64,000 nt of DNA. Origin: an uncultured delta proteobacterium. Its GTDB lineage: Bacteria; Myxococcota; Kuafuiibacteriia; Kuafuiibacteriales; Kuafuiibacteriaceae. This document shows, piece after piece, positions 39,399 through 48,880 of the stretch; the stretch's first letter is position 1; every line of letters starts with the position of its first letter. Below the pieces are notes generated by a model. That model searched no databases, had not been told where the DNA came from, and saw only the letters and a program-made list of their open reading frames with translations. A program made the position numbers and the translations under genes. The DNA lies in assembly GCA_963803435.1 (NCBI GenBank), contig CAWDML010000007.1, forward strand, positions 64,001 to 128,000. Reading direction: 5' to 3'.

Positions 39399-39457
39399 GG
39401 GAGATTGAGTCTACCACAGGGTAACGATGGCCCCTCCGCGCGCGTACACTCCGAACG

Positions 39458-40405
39458 ATGCTGGTCCGGATCCCAAAACCGTGGGAGCTGCCCGAACGCG
39501 AGGTGACCGACGAGGCGTCGGTGATCGAGCGCGCGCTCACGCGCCGCCGCCTGCTGGTCTCGGCCGGCGCATTCAGTGCCGCCGGGCTGATCGGGCGCCT
39601 CGCCGCCGCCGAGACGGCAAAGGTCAAACGCAATCGGGACTACATCGTCGCGGAGCGACCGATCACTCCGGAGAAGCTGTCGACGACGTACAACAACTTC
39701 TACGAGTTCACGACCGACAAGGAGCAGGTCCACAAGCTGGTGGGCGACATGCCGACGCACCCCTGGGCCGTGACGGTCGGCGGCGAATGCGCCAAGCCGG
39801 CGACGTTCGACGTCGACGCGCTGATCCGGATGATGCCGCTCGAAGAGCGCGTGTATCGCTTCCGCTGCGTCGAGGCCTGGTCGATGACCGTCCCCTGGAC
39901 CGGCTTTCCGTTGAAGGCGCTCCTCGATCGCGTGGAGCCCAAGTCGACCGCGAAGTACGTCCGGTTCGAGACCTTCCCCAAGTCGACCTGGGCGCCCGGG
40001 ATGAAGCGCATGCCCTGGTACCCCTGGCCGTACTTCGAGGGCCTCACCCTCGAGGAGGCCTCGCACCCGCTGGCGATGCTGGTCACCGGGATGTACGGCA
40101 AGGATCTCCCCAAGCAGAACGGCGCCCCGATCCGGGTGATCGTCCCCTGGAAGTACGGGTACAAATCGCCCAAGTCGATCGTGAAGATCGACCTGGTGGC
40201 CGCCCAGCCGAAGACGTTCTGGAACGAGCTCGCGCCTGAGGAGTACGGGTTTTATTCGAACGTCGATCCGAAGACCCCACACCCGCGGTGGTCCCAGGCG
40301 ACCGAGCGTCTCATCGATACCGGCGAGCGCATCCCGACCCAGCCGTTCAACGGCTACGGCGCCCTGGTCGGGGGGCTTTATCCCAGTGGAAAAACCTATT
40401 TCTAA
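39458..40405 (+). CDS. msrP: Methionine-sulfoxide reductase catalytic subunit MsrP
   Basis: Tat motif TRRRLL; YNNFYEF, YRFRCVEAWSM, QNGAPIR, WKYGYKSPKSI, HPRWSQATER. Confidence 0.93.
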   Translation: MLVRIPKPWELPEREVTDEASVIERALTRRRLLVSAGAFSAAGLIGRLAAAETAKVKRNRDYIVAERPITPEKLSTTYNNFYEFTTDKEQVHKLVGDMPTHPWAVTVGGECAKPATFDVDALIRMMPLEERVYRFRCVEAWSMTVPWTGFPLKALLDRVEPKSTAKYVRFETFPKSTWAPGMKRMPWYPWPYFEGLTLEEASHPLAMLVTGMYGKDLPKQNGAPIRVIVPWKYGYKSPKSIVKIDLVAAQPKTFWNELAPEEYGFYSNVDPKTPHPRWSQATERLIDTGERIPTQPFNGYGALVGGLYPSGKTYF

Positions 40406-40491
40406 TCAGGCGTGACCGCTCTCACACCGCGCCCGTCCCGTCCGCAGGCTGGTATTGCGATGTGGGCCCTGATAGGCCTGGGACCGACGGG

Positions 40492-41912
40492 ATGACAGAG
40501 GCACACATCCAGCGCCAGAAGCTCGCGCTCCTGATCGGCGACGTCCTCGCGTTCCTCATCGCCTTCGCCGTCGCGATGCAGCTGCGGTTCGGCGAGCACC
40601 AGCTCCACGTCTTCGCGCTCAGCACGCCGCCCTGGGAGGAGATGCTGACCACCCTCCCCTTCATGCTGGGGACCTGGCTGGTCGCGCTGACCGCCTGCGG
40701 CGCCTATCGGATCGGAAAGAAACGGGTCTTCCTCGAGCTGGCCCGGACCATCGAGGCCAACTTCATCTTCATCGGCGGCATGTTGACCGTGAACTTCTTC
40801 TATCACGGCTTCGAGTACTCCCGCGGATTCGCGGTCCTCTTCCTGGGCGCGAACCTGACCCTGACGTTCTTCGGCCGCGTGGCCTTCCGCGTCGCGCGGG
40901 CCCGCTTCGAGGACGAGACCCACCGGATCGTCCTCGTCTGTAACACCCCGGTGACCGCCCATCTCATCGAGACGTATCCGATGATCGTGGGCGTCCTCGA
41001 CGACCACACGCCCGCCGGCACGGTGGTGGCGGGCAGCGTGCGGGTGCTGGGCCGGCTGGCCGACCTCGCCGAGCTGGCCAAAGAGCACCAGATCAACCGG
41101 GTCATCGTGACGGACCCGCGCATCGACGACGCCAAGCACGAGGCCCTCCTCGACACCTGCCTCGGCGCCAACCTCCACTGGCAGGTGGTCCCGAGCGCCT
41201 ACCAGCTCATGCTGGACCGGGCCGAGTTCGACATCGTCGCCGGCGTGCCGGTCATCGGCATGCGACGCTGCAACATCCGCGGGGCCAACCGGGTCTTCAA
41301 GCGGATGTTCGACATGGCGGTGGCCGCGCTCGCCATCCTGTTGATTCCGCCCCTGATGGCCCTGGTGGCCGCGCTCATCAAGCTGACCTCGAGGGGCCCC
41401 GTGCTCTTCACCCAGATCGCGTCGGCGAGAACGGCCAGCCGTTCCGCTTCCTCAAGTTCCGGTCGATGCACGTGAACAACGACGACAGCATCCACCGCGA
41501 GTACACGCAGAAGTACATCACGGGCGACGTCGAGGCCGGCGCGGTCGACCGAAAGGGCGCGATCTTCAAGATCAAGGACGATCCCCGCCTCATCCCCATC
41601 GGCGCCTTCATCCGCAAGTACTCGATCGACGAGCTCCCCCAGCTCTTCAACGTCCTCCGGGGCGACATGTCCCTGATCGGGCCGCGCCCGCCCATCCCCT
41701 ACGAGGTCGAGGTGTACCGGGAGTGGCACAAGCGCCGCTTCGAGGGACCGCCCGGGATCACCGGGCTCTGGCAGGTCTCGGGCCGGAACCGGCTCTCCTT
41801 CGAGGAGATGGTGAAGCTCGACATCGAGTACCTGGAAAACTGGTCGATCGGACACGATCTCAAGATCCTCTGGCGGACGATGGGCGTGGTCCTCTTCGGC
41901 AAAGCATACTGA
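40492..41912 (+). CDS. Priming polyprenyl-phosphate hexose-1-phosphate transferase (WcaJ/WbaP family); frameshift at ~41415
   Basis: N-terminal TMs, KRMFD, GPVLFTQ then in the next frame RVGENG..KFRSM, DDPR, SIDELPQLFNVLRGDMSLIGPRP, PGITGLWQV. Confidence 0.88.
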
Positions 41913-41918
41913 GCGCCG

Positions 41919-43809
41919 ATGCGCCCGGTCCTGATCTGGCTCCTGGCGGCCGCCTGCAGCGGCGGCGCCGACGTGGAGCGCCAAGCCGCCTGCCAGGCGC
42001 TCGACGCGGTGTGGTCGCTCGACGCGATCCCCGCCGCCACCCCCGCCGGTGCGTGCACCGCCCCGCCGCCCGCGGACCTCTCGGGCGCCGCCAAGATCGC
42101 GGTGGCCGTCTATCACTTCAACGTCCAGTACGTCGCCGGCGGGCTCCGCGGGTTCCCGGACGGCACCATCGTGGAGAAGTTCGATTCCGACGAGACCGAG
42201 GTCGAGGATTGGATTGTCCGCCAGGGCCTCGAGCCGGTGCTCGATCTCTACCTGGCCCACCCGAGCTTCAAGGCGGACGTCGAGCTGCAGGCGTACACGC
42301 TCGAGGTGATCGCACAGCGACACCCGGACGTGCTGGAGAAGATGCGCATGCTGGCGGGTCGAGGTCAGGTCGACTTCGACAGCTTCCACTACTCCGACCA
42401 GCTCTACGTCGCCTATCCCAAGAAGGATCTGGAGACCTCTCTCGATCTCGTGCGCGCGATCTTCGATCGCACCTGCCTCCCGCTCGGACGGTCGATCTTC
42501 GCGCAGGAGGGTCAGTTCGCGGGCGGCCAGCTCGCGATCGCCGCCGCGCGCGGCTATGCGGTGAGCGTGCTGCCGAAGAACCTCTTCAAGTATCAGTTCG
42601 GAGACGGAGCCGCGGCCGAGAACGTCCTCTTCTCCGACCCGCGCGCGCCGGACCACGCGGTGATCTTGGGCGGCCAGGACTGGAACACCCCTGACCTTCA
42701 GCTCCACTGGACGTTCATGGACGACGGTGAGATCGCGTTCTCGAAGTCGAACCTCAACCCGTACTTCGGCACCGATTACGCCGTCGATCCGGCGCTGATC
42801 GCCGAGCGTGTGGCGGAGCTCTCGGAGCTCGAGGCGCAGGGCTGGGTGCACGCCACCATCGCCGAGGCGGTCGCCGCGATGCGCGACCGCGGGATCCGGC
42901 CCGCGCCGCTGCCGGACGTCCTCGATGGAACCTGGCAGCCGAAGGACACCAAGAACCTGTTCCGCTGGATGGGGGGCTCCGGCCTGTTCCGTAACACCGA
43001 GAAGGACAGCGATCTGCTGGCGGCGATCTGGCGCGCCCGCAGCGCCGCCGAGCGCGCCGAGCGATCGTTCAGCGCGCCGAGCGAACGGATCCGGCGGGGC
43101 CTCGAGGCCGCCTGGCGCGAGGTCTTGCTGGCGGAGGTCAGCGACTCCACGGGCTGGAACCCGTTCGTCAACGAGGTCCGCTACAGCGAGGCGCAAGCGG
43201 AGAAGGCGGAGCAGATCGCGCGCGACGTCTACGCGTGCGCCGGCGATCGTGCGCCGGCGATCGAGCCGTATCCGTGCGACGTGCCGGACGCGCTCGACTC
43301 GATCGGCGCCGAGGTGCGCTCGCCGGTCCGACACGTCGAGGTCTCGGCCGATCGCTGCCTCGACTTCGCGGGCGCGACGGTCCGCCGCCTCACGATCCGC
43401 GTGCCGAAGACGATCGAAGAGGACATGCTCTTCGACGAGTCCGAGGAGGCCGCCCGGGAGCGCGAGCTCGAGGTCCGGTTCCCCTTCGCAGGTCCTCGCT
43501 TTCGGCTGGTGCCTGCGCTCGAGGACCGGACGATTGCGCTGTCGCTCGACGCGTACACGTTCCAGGACATCGGCATCCCGCTCTCGATCGGGGCAATCGA
43601 GCCTCGACGACCGGCGCTGGGTGATCCAGGAGCTGGCCTCCGGGCGGGTTGCGGCGATCCTGTCGAGGAACGAGGACCGAGGGGTGGTCCGCTTCTGGGA
43701 CCTCACGGTCTCCCGGGCGAGCGCCTCAGAGCGACGATACTACGTGCTGGAGGGCGCGAGCGACGATACTGCGCGCGCCTTCGCGCACCGGATCAACCTG
43801 CCCTTCTGA
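41919..43809 (+). CDS. GH57-like lipoprotein; frameshift at ~43602
   Basis: Lipobox AAAC; HFNVQY, FAQEGQ, FMDDGE, AEVSDSTGW resemble GH57 conserved regions; C-terminus continues as LDDRRWVIQE..INLPF. Confidence 0.55.
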
Positions 43810-43969
43810 AGAACCTGACCGCGTCGATGGTGTCGGCGATCGGGATGATCACCAGTTCGTCCTGTTCGCGGGAGGCCTCGAGGCGCGGCGGACTCTCGGG
43901 TGTACCGAGCACGATGATGAAGCCTCGATGCTCGGGGAAGAGCGGTTCGTCATCCGGGTCGGGGGTCAT
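43793..43969 (-). CDS. Possible small hypothetical protein (58 aa)
   Basis: MTPDPDDEPLFPEHRGFIIVLG... fills an otherwise intergenic gap; no homology evidence. Confidence 0.25.
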   Translation of the reverse strand: MTPDPDDEPLFPEHRGFIIVLGTPESPPRLEASREQDELVIIPIADTIDAVRFFRRAG

Positions 43970-44079
43970 CTCATGATGAGAAACGACCGTGACGGCGGCG
44001 AAGTTAAGCCGATCCCCGTCACAGGCGGGTAGGAAAAGAAGCTTTGAGCGAATCCCCGCGCGGCGGTAGAAGCAGCTGG

Positions 44080-44881
44080 ATGGCCGAGTCGGCTGCGTCA
44101 CGGGTGCCTGCCGGCGAGCTCCCGTTCGGCGTCCGGGCGGCGGACTCCCTCCTCCAAAACCTCGTCCTGATCGTGTCCCTGATCGGCGGTGGGGGCCTGC
44201 TGGGGTGCCTGATCGCCGTCTTGTTGCCCCGTCCCTACGTGGACTCTGCGGTCGTCGAGGTCGGGATCGGCTTCGGGGGCGAGCCGATCGAGAACCCGAT
44301 CAAGGCCGGCTGGCGCATCCGGGGCACGCTCCTCGACACCGCGCACGACCTGGACGTCGATTTGGACTCGGTGATCCTCCATCGACGTGAGGAGAAGACG
44401 AACGAGCTGACCCGATTCATGGACGTGTCGGTCCGGGCCCAGACCGCCTCCACCGCCCGTACCATCCTCGACCGCGGGCTCGCGCGTCTCATGACGGATC
44501 ACCAGACAGCCCGGCGGTTCGAGCAAGAGGTGCTCAAGGAGCAGCTGACCGCGCTCGAGACCGCCGCCACCCGGGTCGACCAGGCGATCCGCGACACGCC
44601 GCCGATTGTGGAGGGAGACCCGGAGAAGCAAGAGGAGATGCGCGAGCAGCTCGACGCGCTCAACGCCAGGCTCTTCGATCTGCACCGGTCGATCCAGGGC
44701 GCGCGCTCGACGATGTCGGAGCTCCGCACGCCGCCGACGCGCGTCATCGCCCGCACGGCCAAGGTGGAGAAGGCTGACTCGCACCTCCCGATTCTGGATC
44801 CTCGCCGGCTGCGCGTTCGGCCTGTTCCTCGGCCTCGGCCTGGCCGGCGCCCGCCTGGTGCTGCGCGAGGACACGCCATGA
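44080..44881 (+). CDS. Wzz/PCP-like polysaccharide co-polymerase 1; frameshift at ~44788
   Basis: TM, coiled coil, then TM in the shifted frame (FWILAGCAFGLFLGLG); ATGA overlap with the next gene. Confidence 0.55.
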
Positions 44882-45633
44882 GCGAGGGCGGCGACGATCC
44901 GATCGTGCGGACGTTCCTCGACGTGACGCACCGATATCGAACCGTCATCGTCTCGGTCACTGCCTTCGTCGCGATCGTCGGGACCGCCGTCGGCGCGGTG
45001 ATGCGCACCGAGTACGAGGGGACCGTGGTGGTGGCCCTCGGTCGGATCGATCCCGAGGGTTCGATCATCGATTTGCACACGGCCGACCAGCAGCTCGAAT
45101 CGCACGCCGAGCGCCTGGTGGTCGCCGAGCAGCTCTCGGAGGACACGAAGCTCGAGGCCATCATCCTCCGCGACCAGCCTCAGAGCTCGCGTAAGCTGCC
45201 GTTGATCGCGCTCCACGCCACCTCACCCGACGCCATCTCGGTGCGCCGGGCGCTCGACAAGAGCGCCGCCCACCTCTCATCCCTCGAAGGCCAGCTCTAC
45301 GCGGCGGAGCACAAGCGCCTGGAGCAAACGCTCAAGAGTCTGGACGGCGAAGTGAAGCGTCTGCTCGCGGAGCCGGTCACCCCCAGAACGCAAGAAGCCT
45401 TGCAGAAGGCGATCCAGGCCCGCGCCGACACCAAGCGCAGCTTGTCCCCGGTTCGCACCTATCCTTCCAGCGTTCTGGCCGTCATGCCGGTGGAGCAGGT
45501 CTCTCGCCAGCCGAGGGTGCTCGCCTTCGGGATGCTCGCGCTGACGATCGGCGTCTTCCTCGGCTATCTGGTGGCGTTCCTCCTGGCAGCGCGCGCGATC
45601 GTCCGCGCCGATGCGGCGCCCCGGAGCGCGTGA
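44878..45633 (+). CDS. Wzz/PCP-like polysaccharide co-polymerase 2
   Basis: From MSEGGDD; TM-coiled coil-PV..P..TM architecture. Confidence 0.55.
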   Translation: MSEGGDDPIVRTFLDVTHRYRTVIVSVTAFVAIVGTAVGAVMRTEYEGTVVVALGRIDPEGSIIDLHTADQQLESHAERLVVAEQLSEDTKLEAIILRDQPQSSRKLPLIALHATSPDAISVRRALDKSAAHLSSLEGQLYAAEHKRLEQTLKSLDGEVKRLLAEPVTPRTQEALQKAIQARADTKRSLSPVRTYPSSVLAVMPVEQVSRQPRVLAFGMLALTIGVFLGYLVAFLLAARAIVRADAAPRSA

Positions 45634-46964
45634 TGCCCACGTGGATCCCGCTCGTGTTTTGCGCGCTGGCCGCCGGTGCGATCTTTCCTCCGTTCGTCCC
45701 GCTGGCCGGGCCGCTCTCGCTGGACGATCTCCTCCCAGTGATGGCGGGGCTCCTCGGCCTCGCGGTCCTCCCCTTCAGCCGTCGCAAGCCCTGGTTCGAC
45801 GCCACCGTGATCGGCTTCGTCCTCATCGCGTTGACCAGCCTCGTCTCGAACGCGGTCAACGCGCAGACCGTCTCCGACTTCCTGCGGCTCAGCGGGCGCT
45901 CGACCGGCCGGATCATCTTCTACGAGACCTTCCTCCTGGGCGCGCGCTGCGTCCTCGATCGCGGGGACTGGGCGCGCCGCGCGCTCGGCTTCTTCGTGGC
46001 CGCCGCGACGATCGAGTCGCTCTTTTGCATCTACGCGTTCTTCACCGCGTATCACGGGCCGTACGGGCTGGGCGTGATCGAGTTTCCGGACTGGTCGGTG
46101 CTGCTCGGCAACATCCGCGTCCAGGGGACCTTCAGTGGCGCGGAGATGCGCTATGAGACCGCATCGGTCAGCCCCAACTTCCTCGCCGCGTATCTGCTCC
46201 TCTCGATCCCGGTCACCGTCGGGCTGGTGTCGTCGATCGAGCGCAACGAGTGGCGCCTGGCGCTCATGGTCTCGGCGCTGGCCCAGGTGATGACGCTGTA
46301 CCTGACGTACACGCGAGCCGCGCTGATCGCGTTCGGCATCGGCATCCTCGCGATGGGCTTCCTCTCCGGGCGGCGACGGCTGGCGATGGCCGCCCTGACC
46401 GCAGGGATCGTGATCGCGCTGGCGATCCCGACGATGCGCGCCAAGCTCCTCGGCGAAGGACACGATCGCTGGGCGCTCTACTGGGCGTCCGCAGAGCTGA
46501 CGTACGACCACCCGGTGTTCGGCGTGGGCGACGGCAACTACGACTACGTGCTCCACGAGAACCAGCAGTACAACGACACCCCGTTCGGGATCGCCACCAC
46601 CACCTCCCACAACTCGGTGCTGCTGTCGGCCGCCAACTACGGCATCGCCGGGGGGGCCGCCCATGCGTTGCTCTACCTGCTCCTCCTGGCGGTGATGCTC
46701 AATGAGATGCACGCGCTCGAGGGCCGCCCGCGCCGCGTGCTGGTGGCGGGTGTGGTAGCGGGCATCATCGGGTACCTGGTCCAGGATCAGTTCAACAACC
46801 TGGCCTACGTGCCGAAGGTCGCCACGCAGATGTGGTTCCTCTTCGCGCTGGTGCCTGTGCTCGGACGTGGGGGCTCGCCCGAACGCCAGCGCGAGCCGCG
46901 CGTGGTCCGGCTCTATCCGATGCCCGCCGTGACGGCAAAAGGGGTTGACCACCCCCACCCGTGA
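45630..46964 (+). CDS. O-antigen ligase/Wzy polymerase family protein
   Basis: Multi-TM; TYTRAA, R..YW, HPVFGVGDGN, SHNSVL motifs. Confidence 0.82.
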   Translation: MMPTWIPLVFCALAAGAIFPPFVPLAGPLSLDDLLPVMAGLLGLAVLPFSRRKPWFDATVIGFVLIALTSLVSNAVNAQTVSDFLRLSGRSTGRIIFYETFLLGARCVLDRGDWARRALGFFVAAATIESLFCIYAFFTAYHGPYGLGVIEFPDWSVLLGNIRVQGTFSGAEMRYETASVSPNFLAAYLLLSIPVTVGLVSSIERNEWRLALMVSALAQVMTLYLTYTRAALIAFGIGILAMGFLSGRRRLAMAALTAGIVIALAIPTMRAKLLGEGHDRWALYWASAELTYDHPVFGVGDGNYDYVLHENQQYNDTPFGIATTTSHNSVLLSAANYGIAGGAAHALLYLLLLAVMLNEMHALEGRPRRVLVAGVVAGIIGYLVQDQFNNLAYVPKVATQMWFLFALVPVLGRGGSPERQREPRVVRLYPMPAVTAKGVDHPHP

Positions 46965-46979
46965 AGTATCGATAGAGCG

Positions 46980-47900
46980 TTGGCGCCTCCGGTGCATCCC
47001 GACGACCGGCTGGTCGGCAAGCCCGGTGAGGCCCGGGACCTGCGGCTCTACCGCCGCATGCGCTTCATCCGGCGCTTCGAGGAGACGCTGCTCCAGCTCT
47101 TCGAGGAGGGGCTCCTCAACGGCACCACCCACTGCTGCATCGGCCAGGAGGCCGACTCCGTCGCGATCATGGAGCACCTCCTGCCGGGTGATCACGTCTT
47201 CAGCAACCACCGGTGCCACGGCCACTACCTCGCGCGCACCGGCGACGCGCTCGGGCTCCTCGCCGAGATCATGGGCAAATCCGCAGGCATGTGCGGAGGG
47301 ATCGGCGGCAGCCAGCACATCTCGGCGCCCGGCTTCAAGTCGAACGGCGTCCAGGGCGGCATCGTCCCGGCGGCCGCCGGGCTCGCCTGGGCCGAGCAGC
47401 TGCGCGGATCCGATCACACCAGCGTCGTCTTCATCGGCGACGGCACCCTCGGCGAGGGCCTGGTCTACGAGACGCTCAACATCGCCTCGCTGTGGAAGCT
47501 CCCGCTGTGGATCGTGCTCGAGGACAACGGCTGGTCGCAGAGCACGCCGCTGGCCGCCAACTTCGCCGGCGACATGGAGGCTCGGTTCACCGCCTTCGGC
47601 CTGCCGGTGCGGGCGGTCGAGAGCACCGACGTCCTCGAGATCGATCGCATCGCCGAGGAGGAGCTCGCGCTCCTGCGGCGGGGGCCGGGGCCGCGCGTGC
47701 TGATCATCCACACCTACCGGCTGTGCCACCACTCGAAGAGCGACGACCAGCGGCCCGCCCACGAGATCGCCCGCCGCTGGAAGATCGAGCCGCTGGTGAT
47801 CCACGGCGCCCGGCTCCGCGACGCCGAGCGCGCCCGTATCGACGCCGAGGTCGAGGACGCGATCACCGCGCTCGTCGATCGCGGGAGGGCGCTGCCGTGA
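46980..47900 (+). CDS. ThDP-dependent dehydrogenase E1 alpha (PDH/acetoin dehydrogenase-like)
   Basis: THCCIGQEA, NHRCHGH, GGSQH, GDGTLGEG..EDNG ThDP motif, TYRLCHHSKSD; start uncertain. Confidence 0.9.
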   Translation: MAPPVHPDDRLVGKPGEARDLRLYRRMRFIRRFEETLLQLFEEGLLNGTTHCCIGQEADSVAIMEHLLPGDHVFSNHRCHGHYLARTGDALGLLAEIMGKSAGMCGGIGGSQHISAPGFKSNGVQGGIVPAAAGLAWAEQLRGSDHTSVVFIGDGTLGEGLVYETLNIASLWKLPLWIVLEDNGWSQSTPLAANFAGDMEARFTAFGLPVRAVESTDVLEIDRIAEEELALLRRGPGPRVLIIHTYRLCHHSKSDDQRPAHEIARRWKIEPLVIHGARLRDAERARIDAEVEDAITALVDRGRALP

Positions 47901-48880
47901 TCTTCGCGAAGGCGCTCAACGAGGCGCTCCACCACTGCCTCGCCACGGATCCGCGGGTGGTCGTGCTCGGGGAGGACATCTCGGATCCCTACGGCGGCGC
48001 CTTCAAGGTCTCGCGCGGGCTCACCACCGCCTTCCCCGGGCGCGTCCGCACCACTCCGGTCAGCGAGGGCGCGATCGCGGGGCTCTCTGCGGGCCTTGCC
48101 CTGGGCGGCTTCCGGCCCATCGCCGAGATCATGTTCGGTGACTTCCTGACGCTCTGCTTCGATCAGATCGTCAACCACATCGCCAAGTACCAGGCGATGT
48201 ATGCAGGACAGGTTGCGTGCCCGGTGGTGATCCGAGCGCCCATGGGCGGCCATCGCGGGTACGGACCGACCCACAGCCAGAGCCTCGAGAAGCACTTCGT
48301 CGGCGTCCCGCACCTCCGCGTGGTGGCCGCCTCGCTGGTCCACGCGCCGCGCCTGGTGCTCGAGGACTTCCTCGCGCACGACAGTCCGGTCCTCTACGTC
48401 GAGCACAAGCTGCTCTATCCCCAGAACCTCACTCCTGCGGAGCGCTTCGACGGCACACCCGGCATGCTCCCCACCGCGTCGATCTCGCTGGTCCCGCGCC
48501 AGGAGTGCACGCTCACCGTGGTGGCGTACGGGTACGAGGCGCTGCTCGCCGCCAAGGTGCTGGAGAAGCTGGCGATGGAGGAGGAGATCTTCGCGGAGCT
48601 CCTGATCCCCGCACAGATCGCGCCGATGGACTGGGCGCCGATCGAACGCTCCGTCGGCGTCACCGGGAGCCTCCTCACCGTCGAGGAGGGGACCGCCGGG
48701 TGGTCGTGGGGCACCGAGGCAGCCGCGGTGATCGGCAAGCGGCTGTTCGGCCGGCTCCGGCGGCCGGTCGAGGTCCTCGCCAGCGTCCCCACCGTGATTC
48801 CGGGCGCGCGCCGCCTCGAGTCCGAGATGCTGGTCGGCGCTCGACAGATCGAGCAGGCAGTGCGAGAGGCTGCCCTGTGA
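47897..48880 (+). CDS. ThDP-dependent dehydrogenase E1 beta
   Basis: GTG start; LGEDI, TPVSEGAIAG, EIMFGDF, YGPTHSQS; GTGA overlaps at both ends. Confidence 0.9.
   Translation: MIFAKALNEALHHCLATDPRVVVLGEDISDPYGGAFKVSRGLTTAFPGRVRTTPVSEGAIAGLSAGLALGGFRPIAEIMFGDFLTLCFDQIVNHIAKYQAMYAGQVACPVVIRAPMGGHRGYGPTHSQSLEKHFVGVPHLRVVAASLVHAPRLVLEDFLAHDSPVLYVEHKLLYPQNLTPAERFDGTPGMLPTASISLVPRQECTLTVVAYGYEALLAAKVLEKLAMEEEIFAELLIPAQIAPMDWAPIERSVGVTGSLLTVEEGTAGWSWGTEAAAVIGKRLFGRLRRPVEVLASVPTVIPGARRLESEMLVGARQIEQAVREAAL

Noticed and set aside
44044-45633. 529-aa single ORF that looks like a tandem Wzz fusion
   Set aside because: The junction (LDPRRLRVRPVPRPRPG) is off-frame sequence; a TM-encoding frame ending in an ATGA overlap at 44878-44881 indicates two genes plus one indel.
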